DNA of 64,000 bases from Euglena gracilis (lineage: Eukaryota), in NCBI GenBank assembly GCA_039621445.1, contig CP154954.1, positions 45,301,847 through 45,365,846 of the forward strand, written 5' to 3'. The notes beneath the pieces are model-generated. The model was not told where the DNA came from and did not search any database. It saw only the letters and a program-made list of their open reading frames with translations. The position numbers and the translations under genes were made by a program. Numbering within the stretch: position 1 is the stretch's first letter; every line of letters starts with the position of its first letter. Below are positions 24,419-37,334 of this stretch, in pieces.

Positions 24419-27120
24419 ATCAACAATTTAAAGAAATCTAAACATCGCCAAAAATGCCCAAAATGGAACAAAAGGTCACTCAGAAAAATGAAAACGAAAA
24501 AGGTCAATCGATTTCCAAGACGGCTGTTGTCTTGAAGTTCATTCGACGGACCCTGGACAGAAATACTGCTAGTAAAAATGGCGTCCAGAATTCTTCCACA
24601 ACAATTTTCCCATTCTCGTTCTTCTCCCCCGGAACCTGCCTTCCCCACTATTTTGAGGATTATTCGATTTTTTTTGATTTGAGCCTGAAGTGGCCCGATT
24701 GCAGCTCAGAAAACAAGGCCAATGTGCAGTGTTTGGAGTTGGATTCCTTAAAATAGCTCACCCCCCAAAATAAAAATAATAATCACAATAATAAAATTGC
24801 CGTAGCTAAACTCCCCATATTGGCTTGATGAAAAACAAATCACTGGGGACTTAATATCAGGCCACTGGGACTCTCCACGGGTGGAGCTTTCAGGAAAATC
24901 AAAATGCTATAAGGTAGGGCATTCCAAGGGCTTCATTCTTGGGCACTGGATACTTCCTTCGATTTTGCTGTGTTTTCGACATTTTGAAAAATGGACTTCC
25001 CCACAGAAAACATCCCAAAACCGCCGGGTTGGGCCACAAAACAAGGCGGAACACAGGCCCAACTCCCCCAGTTTCAATTTTGCCATTTCACCGAGGTGAG
25101 ATTCACAATCAAAAATAAATTTTCAATAATATCTTGAGAAAACATTCATTGTTTCCAAAAGACCAACTGCACTCCCCCCGGCGCGGGGGATCACATGGGT
25201 GAAATGAATCTATGGTCTGACCTCCGACCCCCCTGGTGGGGTTTGGGCCAAAAACAATCAGTCACCGAGGGTTGCCAATGACAAAATGGCCGAATGGACC
25301 AGGCTTTCCATGATGGGGTTGTCTTTGGGGGATCGAACAAACAAGCAAAGCAATCCTTGAAAGGTAGCGGAAATACAAAATGCAAAGATGCGAAAAGGAA
25401 AAAAATGCTTCCTTTGTGGCCCATCACTAGCATCAAAGCTGAGAATATGTGGCACATTCACAACCACTTCCTTTTTTGAAACGGGTCAACAAAAGTCACC
25501 TCCAAAGGTGCTCCATGCTTGTTCATGAATCGGCACGAGCCTATCTGCTTTATGACAAAACAGAAATATGGATATGAGATGAACGCACACGTCAAATAAG
25601 CAGCCAAAAACTTTCATCAGACAAATATTCTGCTAAGACCCACAAAAGGATCTTAAAAAAAAGAAGCCGGGTTGTGCTCTTACACACCATGCAGTACCCA
25701 AATGGAGTTTTTCTTTTGGAAAATTCTTTCCTCCATCATGGCCTGCCCCCCCTCCTGCTGTCCGACATTTCTGGCAAACTGTCAGTTCTGTGCATTCGTT
25801 AGGCCTGCCCAGTCAGGGCTGCACAGGAAAGCTTGTGCATTTCCCTAATCAGCAAGTGCCTGAACAAGCTTGCATGGGATCCGTCTGTCACCAATCCACA
25901 ACTTTCTGCTGTGTGAGGCTTCAAGACTTGAGAAAATCGGACAAGCGGCAATGGAGGGGGCAGAAATGGAGACCTTTGGCAGGCAAAAAAACCACACCCT
26001 GAAGATTCGAGCTGTGGTCAGCTTGTGAGGTGTATGCATACTGTGCACAAAATGCATGCATTGGGCAGCAGGACCAGGGCAAGAAAACCCGGAAAATGCC
26101 AGGTCACTTTGGTGGTTTCCCCCCGGGGGGGGGGGGGTCCAGGGCAAAAACCAGTCAGCCACTCTGAAAAAAATGACATGACAAACAACGCTGCACCGCG
26201 TATTCAAGCCATCCTTGCAACACATTTCCTTCACCCCATCCTCCCGCGGGGCGGATCAAAATTGCCTTGGACCCAGCACAAAAGAAAATTCCGGTTTGGT
26301 GCTCTTTTGGCCAGACCTTGCCCATCCCTGGGGGGGGGGGGGGTCGGCCAGTTACAAAATGATTGTATGGTACAGTCCCCTCCGGCTTGAGAAATTTGGT
26401 GACACAAATTTTGTACAAACCAACGGACATTGACAAATTCAAGAGGGGCACGCGGGATGTGCATGCGGGTGGCTCAGCGTGTGTAATGCACTGTGCACCC
26501 AAATAATTGCACCCTGTCATTAATTCAGCTTTTATTGAAAAAGATGATCTGTGACCAAATGCAACCCATTTCCGAAATGGGGCTTTGTGCATCATTGGCA
26601 GAGGGAAAAAATCTCCAAACAAACAATGGGGTGAGGCAACTTGCAACTTATGGTGAGGTATGAGGGGAAGCACAGAGGATCTAGAGATGTCCCATGAAAT
26701 CCTCAGGCATTTCCAATCAGGAGTATCAAGCTGTGAGACGGCAAAAAAATCCTCAAGAAAAAAAACTCCGAAATCTTCAATAAGAATGAATCAGGACTCA
26801 AAAATACTTGCAAAATTCCTTCTGATCAATTTGTTCATGAATTCCACATCTCCAGCAAATTTCCGCTTCGGGGGCCCCAGCCACTGGCCAGTTGACTAAT
26901 AATAGAGGCAAATACAGCAACGATGAGGAAAATTTCAACCATTGGAGATGATAACTTAACCCTGACCAGACTTTCATTTAATGCGCCGTGGCGAAGTCAG
27001 CCGCGGCGCAAAAAAATTTTCCGCGGCGCACAATCGAATTTTTGCCGCGGCAAACCCGTGGCGCACCTGAAATGCTGCCGCGGTGCACGGGTCTACTGCA
27101 AAAGTGGAATCCTAACTTTT

Positions 27121-27330
27121 TGGTTACCTTCGAGGAGGCTCCTCGGAGCCTCAAGGTAACCAGGCTCCGCGGAGGCTCAAGGTAACCAGGCTCCGGGGAG
27201 CCTCCGCGGAGGCTCCTCGGAGCCTAAGGTAACCAGGCTCCGCGGAGGCTCCTCGGAGCCTAAGGTAACCGGGCTCCGCGGAGGCTCAAGGTAACCAGGC
27301 TCCGAGGAGCCTCCTCAGAGGCTAAGGTAA
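27121..27330. repeat. Palindromic tandem array (GGTAACC / GGCTCCGCGGAGGCTC / CCTCGGAGCC)
   Basis: Directly visible. Confidence 0.85.
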
Positions 27331-27639
27331 GTTTTGCCAGGGCATGTTGTGAACATGGTAATAACCCTAATTTTGTTTTTTGAAATTTGACATTTTGGGA
27401 CCACTGGGGTGGATATCCAATTTTGGTGAAAATGGGCCCTGTTTTGGATTAAGAGTAATCATGGAAAAATCTGATGACCACCGCTGGCCGTCTGTTGAAA
27501 AGGGCTTTCGATCGAGGGGTAACTTGGTTCCCATATGTTGCACGCAGCCTGAGATACGCTCACGATCGTCGGATCGGCCAGAATCTGAGTTGAAATTTGC
27601 GGCGATTTTTGGTCCTGATTGGCTTACCCCCCCCCCCCC

Positions 27640-27875
27640 AGTCGTATGACCGGGTTCCTGCAACCTGTGACCGGGGGGGGGGGGGTGGTCATAACACTCC
27701 CATAACCTGCAACCTGTGACCGGGGGGTGGTCGTAAATGAGGTGGCGGTCATAAGTAAGGTGGTGTTAAATTTTTCGCAACCTGCAACCTGTGACCGGGG
27801 GGGGGTCATAACACCCCCATGACCTGCAACCTGTGACCGGGGGGTGGTCGTAAATGAGGGGTGGTCGTACGACTA
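27640..27875. repeat. Tandem CCTGCAACCTGTGACCGGGGGG repeat (4 copies)
   Basis: Directly visible. Confidence 0.8.
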
Positions 27876-28580
27876 GGGGGGGGGGGAAGATGCATGATGA
27901 ACCATACAGAAACGTTTTTTTCTGTTCGAATCGACGACCTGAGGGGTCCAGGGGGATACAAGAATTGTGAAATTAGGATTTCCCAATGACATGAAATGAG
28001 AGTACCTACCAGGCGGTGGGGCTGAATTTGGAGGTGATGACTAATCGTCTGATGAAAAGAGCTTTTGATTGAGGGGTGGGTTTGTACCTGGACTTATTCC
28101 GAGGTTTCCGGCGGTCCCAGATCTGTACAGCAGATCCTAATTCAGCTTCGCCTTGCCCAAAAAATCTGTCGTCAGATCGAGGTTGAGAAACACAGACTTT
28201 GACCAAAGCCATGTTGCTTTATAAACACAGCCTTAAATAACTGCGTCTTAAACGCAGACTCGGGTCAGAGTCTGCGTTTAAGACGCAGTTCTTGATATAA
28301 AGGACCCCGGGGGGGGGGGGGTACTGGCTAGCCAATCGGGTGGACACTGGAAAAAATGGACTAGCTAGACCCCCCCGGGGGGGGGGGGGGCCCGGGGGTC
28401 CCCCCAAACTGGAAAAATGAGGTTTTTAATAGGTTTTTGGCTGATTTTGTTCCAAAAATTCCCAAAAAATGGCCAAAAAAAACGGGCATTTTTGGCCATT
28501 TTTGGGGGTCCCAAAATTTTTTCTCACTAGCTAGCCCTGCTAGCAGACCCCCCCCAGGGGGGGTCTGCTAGAAATTCCAC

Positions 28581-28930
28581 CCCCCCCCCCGGGAGACTGT
28601 CATGCCTGAGAACCTGTCAGGGTCCCGCCCGGGAAACTGTCAGGGTCCCCGGTACCGGCCAACCTGTCAGTATAGGAAGTTGTCAGGGTCCCCGGTACCG
28701 GCCAACCTGTCAGGGTCATTTTTCATTGGCTTTCCATTGACATGCCCTACCGGGGAAACTGTCAGGGTCCCGCCCGGCAAACTGTCAGGGTCCCGCCCGG
28801 GAAACTGTCAGGGTCCCGCCCGGGAAACTGTCAGGGTCCCTGGTACCGGCCAACCTGTCATGATAGGAAGTTGTCAGGGTCCCTGATACTGGCCAACCTG
28901 TCAGGTGACAGTTTCCGGGGGGGGGGGGGG
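28581..28930. mobile_element. MITE-like element with 23-bp GAAACTGTCAGGGTCCCGCCCGG repeats
   Basis: Inverted ends CCCCGGGAGACTGTCA / TGACAGTTTCCGGGG and internal tandem repeats. Confidence 0.7.
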
Positions 28931-29179
28931 TAGCCAAATTTGGACTAGCTGCAGTCCAGCCCCCCCGGGTACTGCAATCCCTTAAGCAAATGCCTGGTTG
29001 TGGAACTGGCGTCCCAAAAACGCTGGCTTAAGAAAAGGGGTGGCGGACGCTGGTTCTGTCGTGATGAGAAAAATCATCCATCGGTGGTTTCAAACGTTGT
29101 CATTACAACTGTGTGACAAAAATGGCCTATTTCTTGGAGCAAACTTAGACTGTGCCTGTGAATCCATCCCTGAATAATC

Positions 29180-30380
29180 TGATACGAAAACTGTGTCCAG
29201 AACGCCGGTTCGGGCGTGAAGCCGTGTTCCAGAACGCCGGTTTGGGCGGCAGCCCGAACCGGCGTTCTGGAACACGGCTTCACGCCCGAACCGGCGTTCT
29301 GGACACAGTTGTTGAAACCGTGGATTAGGGGCTCTGGCTTCACGCCCGAACCGGCGTTCAAGGAATAAAGGCCAATTTCGCCCTAAATACCCAGTTTCTG
29401 AACATTTTGGGGCATTTTTGGGATCCTTTGGGCTCATGGCCATGTCGATCGGCCGATTGAAGTTTTCATCCGTCTGATGCCAGGTTACCCATCAATCGAA
29501 AGGTTTTTTTTCAGAATTACGATTTGGAAAATTTTTTTGGTTGGACCACCCCTAGGTTTTTTCAGAATCACGGTTGGGAAATTTTGGCTGGACCCCCCCC
29601 AGATTTTTTCAGATTTGCAATGCCGAATTTTCGGTTGGACCCCGCTGGTTTTTTTTTCCAGAATTATGGTTGGGATTTGATCCCCCCTTTTTTCAGAATT
29701 CCGGTTCAGAAATTTTGGCTGGGTTTCTTCACAAACACGGTTGAAAAAAAAATTGGCTGGAGCCCCCCCTAGGGTTTTTTCAGAAGTACGGTTGGGAAAT
29801 TTTGGCTGGACCCCACCCGGGAATTTTTCAAAATTGTTGGGAAATGTTAATTACAGTTGGGAAATTTTGGCTCCCCTGGGTGTTTTCAAAATTGGTTGGA
29901 CCCTCCTCCCCTGGGTTTTTCAGAATTATGGTTAGGAAATTTTAGCTGGACCCCTTGGGTTTTTTCAGAATTACGATTTTTGGACCCTTTTCGCAAATTC
30001 CAAAATCCACTGTTCACCTGCCATGTTGCCCCTTGATCGATAACCCTTCTCAAGGGTTTTAGATGGCCTTAGATTTCAGCCCTGCTGCATGGTATTCTAT
30101 TTCAGAAAATCCCCAGATTTGGCCAAATGGAAATTGTTGCACAAAATACCCCAATTTCTGGCCAGATACCCCCCAAAAAGTGCTCAGATATGATTGCCTC
30201 ATGTCTACAAACCATTTTGGACACTTTTTGGCACTTTTCATTTTCGGTCCCCAGGACGCCGTTTTCCCGCCTGAACCGGCGTTCTGGGCACCGGTTCGGC
30301 GCAGAAATTTCTGCGCCGAACCGGCGTCCAGAACGCCGGTTCGGGCGTGAAGCCAGAGCCCCAATACACGGTTTCAACAA
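29180..30380. mobile_element. Repeat element with AACGCCGGTTCGGGCGTGAAGC motifs, containing a degenerate ~40-bp satellite (~29500-29990); inverted copy at ~39850-40565
   Basis: Reverse-complement match of ~30040-30380 to ~39850-40140 and of ~29180-29500 to ~40270-40565. Confidence 0.8.
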
Positions 30381-31228
30381 AAATTGGGTGGTAGGGTGCA
30401 AAAATTATGCTCAGGGCAGAGATGTTATTTTTTTGTTTTACTCGACGGAAAACATGATCACCCAAAAATATAAAGAAAAAAACGTGTTCAAAAAACGGTG
30501 TTTTGGTCGAAACCCCTGTGTTTCTTTGCAAAAAAATCACGTCGAAAACCTGGTTGTTTCAAAACAGCTTGTCATCCTTGCTTCAGGGGGGGTATATTTC
30601 TTTTCTTTCAGAGGTGGTTTTTTCGGCTCCGTGCAGATGATTGGCTATGACGATCCGGGAGGTCGTACCGACCTAGGTCGGGCCGAACGTTGGCTATGGC
30701 TTATCGACCATTGGAGGTCGGGCCGACCTGGTCGGCCCGACCTCCAATCAGCCACATTACCCCCCCTTTTTTGGAAATTTAAGCCCCCCCTCAAAAATTG
30801 ATTCGGCAAATTTGACTCAAAAAGGATGGAAACACATTGGAATCACCTTGAAACTGTCAAAAAGCATCCCATATGGAAAAAAAATGAAAAAACGCGACCT
30901 TAGTCGGCCCGCCCCCCCCGCCTAAAAAAACAAAATCCCCTTGTGTGTGCAAGGCAAGGATGGACAAAACGCGCCCCCCAACAAACTCCCTTTGTGCTAA
31001 CTTAGTCGGCCTACGGCCTCCTCCGGGGGGGGGGGGCTGCCGCCCCCCGGACCCCCCCCGCCTAAAATAACAATATCCCCTTGTGTGTGTGCAAGGCAAG
31101 GATGGCCAAAACGCGCCCCCCCAACAAACTCCTTTTGTGTGCACCCAGGTAGGTAAATAGCCATCTGTATGTTCCACAGGGTTTGGCCAAGGGTTTTTAT
31201 GCTTCTGAAATGGAAAACCATGGAAGTC

Positions 31229-32405
31229 GTTTCTATACAAAAATCGACCGACACTAACAGATTCAGCAGGGGCGCCGGGCGCGAGCGAGCGAAGCGAGCC
31301 GCCCGGCGCCCCTGCTGAATCTGTTAGTGTCGGTCGATTTTTCTAAAACCTATTTTGTCTGGGCCCGACGCCTGTCTTGATATTCATTCGACCGAACCGC
31401 CTGGACGGAAATATGGTCAAAAAAGTGGTTTTTGGCCCATTAACGGGCGCCTGAATGGAAATCGACCGACATAAACGGGCGCCTGAATGGAAATCGACTG
31501 ACATAAACGGGCGCCTGAATGGAAATCGACTGACATAAACGGTTTCCGATGTCTTGGAAATCGACCAACCTTTTGTTTCCTTTTTTGAATGCCTTTTTTG
31601 TTCTGGTTTGGGACATTGTCAGTTTCAGCCTGAAACCCGTTAATGTCGACCAATCTTTTGCCTTTTTTTTCGGATTGCTTTTTTCTTCCATTTTGAAAGA
31701 AACAATCTCTATATCAAAAACTGCGTCTTGAACGCAGACTCTGACCTGAGTCTGCGTTTCGAAACACAGACTCAGGCCGAATAACAGACTGAGCGTTTAG
31801 AAACACAGATTTTGACCAAAGCCATGTTGCTATGAACACAGCCTTGGCCCGAAATCCGATGATGTCAATATAAATGCAATACAGGCGTCGAGCCCAGAAA
31901 ATAGGTTTGACATTGCCAAATCACTCCTCACCCGAAACCTTTTCTTTCAGATGACCAGTGATGACAACTGGTTCAGGACAAATTTGCCGAATGCTTTTTC
32001 TGAAGATCCAGAAAATAATAAACTTAAATACCGTCCTTCCGTCTGTTCCATCCAAAATTCAGCCAGCTGTGATCACCTGGCCACAAAATTTGGTTTTTTG
32101 TCTGATCCATAACTCCTCCACAACCCCATAGGACCAAAAATGTCCAAAAAAAGGGAAATACAAAATGTCCAAAAAGTCACTAAAAATTCCCAATCTGACC
32201 AGCAACAGATTTCAATGGAATGGAAATCGACCGACATAAACGGGCGCCTGAATGGAAATCGACCGACATAAACGGGCGCCTGAATGGAAATCGACTGACA
32301 TAAACGGGCGCCTGAATGGAAATCGACCGACATAAACAATTTCAGCCTGAAATCCGTTAATGTCAGTAGAATTTCAAGACAGGCGTCGGGCCCAGAAAAT
32401 AGGTT
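31229..32405 (-). mobile_element. Inverted copy 2 of the 20747-22044 element
   Basis: Reverse complement including identical hairpin 31239-31342; ends CCCAGAAAATAGGTT|TTAA. Confidence 0.85.
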
Positions 32406-32747
32406 TTAACCGACCATATGGTTGGCCCGACCTCCAAATGGTCGGGCCGACCATAATGGTCAGTAACAAACAGGTCGGGCCGACCATGGTCGGCCCGACC
32501 TATACCGAGCTATAGTCAAAATTCCTTTGAAAAATTTAAAAACGTGTTCAGCCCGCCAAATGCCTGCCCTGAAATTCGTGGTCATGAACACGTTTTCCAT
32601 TAGGGCATTTGTGGCAACGACACGTTTTCCATTAGGGCATCTGTGGTCAGGCACGTTTTCCATTAAGGCATCTGTGGCAACCCCGAGCAAGAAGCAAAAA
32701 TCGCTATCATGAAAAATCGGCGAGAGGTTGAGAGGCCGAGGTGGTCC

Positions 32748-33853
32748 TCAACGAGTGAGGCGGGTCGGGGGCACTCTACAACACAACAGAAGGCTAGACG
32801 TTGCCTTGGAGCACTCCGACACGGAGTGGCAGACATCACGGAACGCTTTACACAAAAAAGAGCCATACTTTGGTGGCCGCCGCAAATCTTGGCAATGAAA
32901 ATGATATGCCAAACCGCAGGCGTCACACACCACTTTCCTCAGCTCCACACGATTTGGATTTTTGGGAATGGCAACACCACAAACAACACCACCGTTGACA
33001 CTGCCTTCCGCGCGCGTTCGCGCCATGCTTGTGCTTACCGACCGGGGGGGGGAGGGGGGGGGTGGGTGCTATAGGGTGCCTGCCCCTAGCAGGCACACCC
33101 CCCCCGGGGGGGGATAGGGGTCCGGGCCGGACCCAGAAAATTTTCATTGAAAATGGCCTTTTCCGGGCCCCCGGCGACTTCGGCGCCGGGGTCGTAGGGG
33201 GGTGCCTGCTAGGGGCAGGCACCCCCCAAAACCCTACCCCCCCCCCCCGGGTCGGATCGGGTGCTATGGGGTGCCTGCCCCTAGCACCCCCCCCCGTGGG
33301 GTAGGCACCCGACTAAGCGCAAGCCTGGTTCGCGCTCCAGGGAACGCGAAAACAGCTCGTTGAAATGGGGGAATTGGCGCTCTGAGGAAGGCAACACTAC
33401 TCCCTCGGTCGTTGTTTTGCGGAATGCCCGAGCGACGGCATTCGCGTATGTATGAAAAGAGGTTGCCGAACGATTCCCTGAAACGAACAAAGTTCCCGAC
33501 TGCTGCGCACGTTGAGCCACACATTGTTCAATGACGCTTGCCTCATCGAACAACAGGCTGGGTTCCAGCTCCCATCCCGTCCAGGCAACAAAGCATCCAG
33601 CTCAGGATAAGAAGCTTGCCGATGTTGACACAGTTTGGCGAACTCCAAAAAGTTTGGCAACAACAGCAAGCTGTGCACCTACGGAGCCAGACTTTTTCTT
33701 CGTGTTGCCCTGTGCCAGCAAGGTGCCATGAAGGGGGTCAACCTTCGGCTTCTTGGCATCTTGCTGGTATACCGCGAGAGCAGCCAGGAACAATTCCGTC
33801 CTAGGAGGAGGTGGCAAAAGACCATTCACAAAGTTTGCCGTGCGTTTAGCCAT
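32748..33853 (-). pseudogene. Decayed ORF with C-terminal PHD finger
   Basis: VVCGV...VVCDACGLAYHFHCQDLRRPPKYGSFLCKAF is a PHD pattern with the outer Cys residues lost. Upstream frame MAKRTANF...SLERE has one in-frame stop. Interrupted by 33024-33327. Confidence 0.65.
33024..33327. mobile_element. CA...TG element with perfect 8-bp TSD GTTCGCGC
   Basis: TIR CATGCTTGTGCTTA / TAAGCGCAAGCCTG; GTTCGCGC at 33016-33023 and 33328-33335. Confidence 0.85.
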
Positions 33854-35350
33854 AGTGGGAGGGCTGCGGAAAAAAGGGGGGGGGCGACAGGTTTTCCATT
33901 AGGGCATCTGTGGCAACGACACGTTTTCCATTAGGGCATCTGTGGTTAGGCACGTTTTCAATGAGGGCATCTGTGGCAATGACACGTTTTCCATTAGGGC
34001 GCTGTTTTTTTGGTCCGAATTTCACATTTTCGTGTTCTTGACCCCTTGCGTGAATCATGACCACGAATTTCAGGGCAGGCATTTGGCGGGCTCTGAACAC
34101 GTTTTTAAACAAATTGTGGCTGAGCCCAGATTTTAGCCTTAAAACGTGTTCAGCAGGTGGGCCCCCGAAGGGGGCCCCCTGATAATTGTGTGTAGAAAAG
34201 GGGGGGGGGGGGTAATGCGGTTCATTGGCTAGTCGACCCGACCTCCAGTGGTCGGGCCGACCTAGGTCGGTACGACCTCCAGGATCGCCATAGCCAATTA
34301 TCCGCCCGGGGCCGTTTTTTCCCTGTCTTCGGCACCAGACTTGGGAGGGGCTTTCCCTCAAACACTCCGAAAAACATCTTGTGGTTGTCAAATCGGCTAG
34401 GATATGGGGGTGGGGGAGACACCAGGCAGGGTCTGGAGTGGGGAAAGACTGCTGACTGCGGCTTAGCCTGAGGGGGGGTCCTGTTGAGTCGGGGGTCCTG
34501 TTGATAAAAAGTCAACCGACTTGTCGGTCGACCAATTGTTGAGTCGACCGACTAGTCCAATGTAGTTTTGAAGGGTGTGTTTGCAACAGCAAAGGGTGGT
34601 CTTGAGGCATGTCGAGAGATGAAAAATACGGATTTGTGTGAACACCACCAAATAATCCTCGATTCCCTTGTGCTACCGATACGTTTTGGGGGGCCAATCC
34701 CTTTTGTTTCTCACCGAGGGCCCCAAAATAACAAAACCCCTTGTGCCACCGGGTCGTTTGGGGTCCAATCCCTTTTGTTTCCTAAGCTTCTCGACACAGT
34801 GAGTGGAACATATGCAGTATGGGACATTTTGCTGTCCTGCATGATCAAGAACTCAATTTTGACCCAAGGCCCCCCCTGTGCACATTAGACTGTTGAGACT
34901 GGTCAACTGACTCAAATGTTGAGTCGACTGACTTCTAGTCGGTCGACTCAACAGGACCAGGGTGTGACGTAGAGCTGAGCTCTTTGGGAGACCACCCCGG
35001 CCCGGCCCGGCAGCCCGGCCGGCGCTCGTTTTCAGTTCAAAAACACTTTTTCCAGGTCCGGGAGGTCCAAAAACATCGTTTTGGGCAAAAAAAATTTCGA
35101 TTTTTTCGACTTTTTTTTACCCGAAAATGACCCAAAATCCATTGGTTTCGGGCCTAAAACGGGGGTCCGGGGAGCAAAAAACGGTCATTTTCGGCCGAAA
35201 AATACATTTTTCGGGTCCGGGAGGTCAAAAAACATAGTTTTTGGCAAAAAAAATTTGAATTTTTCGACTTTTTGACCCAAAAATGGCTAAGTCCACCGGC
35301 CGGGCCCCCCACGGCGGGGGGGGGGGGGTAGTGGGTAGTCGGGGCCCCGA

Positions 35351-37249
35351 GCGAGAAATTGGTGATGGACTTTTTGGTGGTCGGTACCGACTAGTCGGTA
35401 CCGACCATGGTCGCTACCGACCATTTTCTAGCGACTAGTCGGTACCGACCATTGGTGATAGGGTCGCTAGCGACCACCAATTTTAAGTCCACCCCCCCCT
35501 CTAAAAAAGTTTTTAAGCCCCCCCCCTCCAAAAAAAATTCATTCAAATATGAAGGAAAATGACTCGAAACCCACCCAAATGCCTTCAGAAACCCCCATTC
35601 GGGGGTCCATCTGCAAAAAATTTTGGGTAATATCTTCTTTTTGCGCCAGTTCTGTGAAAGTTGTCTTTGTCCAGGAGATAAGGAGCACGATTCGGCCTTC
35701 CTTGCCTTGCACACACAAGGGGATTTTGTTATTGGAGGGCGGGGGGGGGGGTGGGGGGGGGGGCGGCAGCCCCCCCCGCTAGACGACCAAGGGCGCCGAA
35801 GGCGCCTTAGGACTGTTTTGTTTACGGTGCGCGTGGCATTACATGCGCGCCTGGCCCTGGGTCGGTTACCCCCCGGAAGGGATTTTGTTATTGGAGGGCG
35901 GGGGGGGGTGCGGGGGGGGGGGCGGCAGCCCCCCCCCGCTAGACGACCAAGGGCGCCGAAGGCGCCTTAGGACGGGTGTGTGTACGGGGCGCGCGGCATT
36001 ACATGCGCGCCTGGCCCTGGGTCGGTTCGCCCCCGGGGGGGGTTTTGTTTTTGGTGGGCGGGGGGGGGTGCGGGGGGGGCGCCCCCCCCCCCCCCGCTAG
36101 ACGACCAAGGGCGCCGAAGGCGCCTTAGGACGGTTTTGTTTACGGTGCGCGTGGCATTACATGCGCGCCTGGCCCTGGGTCGGTTACCCCCCGGAGGGGA
36201 TTTTGTTATTGGAGGGCGGGGGGGGGGTGCGGGGGGGGGGCGGCAGCCCCCCCCCCCCCCGCTAGACGACCAAGGGCGCCGAAGGCGCCTTAGGACTGTT
36301 TTGTTTACGGTGCGCGTGGCATTACATGCGCGCCTGGCCCTGGGTCGGTTACCCCCCGGAGGGGATTTTGTTATTGGAGGGCGGGGGGGGGGGTGCGGGG
36401 GGGGGGGGGGGGCGTGCCGCACCCCCCCCCGCTAGACGACCAAGGGCGCCGAAGGCGCCTTAGGACTGTTTTGTTTACGGTGCGCGTGGCATTACATGCG
36501 CGCCTGGCCCTGGGTCGGTTACCCCCCGGGAGGGATTTTGGTTTTGGGGGGCGGGGGGGGGGGGGGGGGGGGGGGGGCGGCAGCCCCCCCCCGCTAGACG
36601 ACCAAGGGCGCCGAAGGCGCCTTAGGACTGTTTTGTTTACGGTGCGCGTGGCATTACATGCGCGCCTGGCCCTGGGTCGGTTACCCCCCGGAGGGGATTT
36701 TGTTATTGGAGGGCGGGGGGGGGGGGTGCGGGGGGGGGGGGGCGGCAGCCCCCCCCCCGCTAGACGACCAAGGGCGCCGAAGGCGCCTTAGGACTGTTTT
36801 GTTTACGGTGTGCGTAGTTCGCATATCGGGGTTCCTTCGGGAGCACGATTTGGCCCTCCTACTACGGCCTCCTCCGGGGGGGGGGTTCGCCCCCCCCCCC
36901 GGACCCCCACCCGTCCAACTGGACTCCTGGACAAAGACAAGTTTCACAGAACTGGCGCAAAAAGAACATATTACCCAATTTTTTTGGCAAATGGACCCCC
37001 GAATGGGGGTTTCTGAAGGCATTTGGGTGGGTTTCGAGTCATTTTCCTTCATATTTCAATGAATTTTTTTTGGAGGGGGGGGGCTTAAAAACTTTTTTGG
37101 AGGGGGGGGGTGGACTTAAAATTGGTGGTCGGGCCGACTAGTCGGCCCGACCACCAATGGTCGGTAGGCCATCACCAACAGTCGGTACCGACTAGTCGCT
37201 ACCGACTAGTCGGTACCGACCACCAAAAAGTCCATCACCAATTTCCCGC
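35351..37249. mobile_element. Foldback element with ~320-bp TIRs enclosing a tandem array
   Basis: ~35355-35675 is inverted at ~36925-37245. Confidence 0.85.
35710..36812 (+). repeat. Seven tandem ~160-bp GC-rich units with G-runs and C-runs
   Basis: GCTAGACGACCAAGGGCGCCGAAGGCGCCTTAGGAC at ~35778, 35938, 36096, 36261, 36431, 36593 and 36758. Confidence 0.92.
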
Positions 37250-37334
37250 AATGAGCCGGTAGTCGGCCGACTAGTCGGCCGACTACCCAATTGGTCCGCC
37301 GACTAGGCCTAGTCGGTAGCTAGTCGGCGAGACA

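Larger units (their letters stand above)
32540..34104 (-). mobile_element. TTAA-flanked TIR element (Kolobok- or piggyBac-like by TSD) carrying a PHD-finger pseudo-ORF
   Basis: TTAA|AAACGTGTTCAGCCCGCCAAATGCCTGCCCTGAAATTCGTGGTCATG...CACGTTT|TTAA; subterminal 32-bp repeats GTTTTCCATTAGGGCATCTGTGGCAACGACAC at both ends. Confidence 0.75.
30650..34298. mobile_element. Outer TIR element hosting nested insertions
   Basis: TTGGCTATGACGATCCGGGAGGTCGTACCGACCTAGGTCGG (30651) is inverted at ~34257-34297. Confidence 0.7.

Noticed and set aside
24430-26960. Possible decayed coding sequence (also ~18200-18450, ~19850-20280, ~40600-41150, ~50000-50700)
   Set aside because: Coding-like complexity but no motif I can identify; needs tBLASTx.
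35710-36812. Palindromic repeat with regular spacing as CRISPR, or its ORFs as repeat proteins
   Set aside because: Inter-repeat sequence is also repeated, and frames shift at G/C runs.
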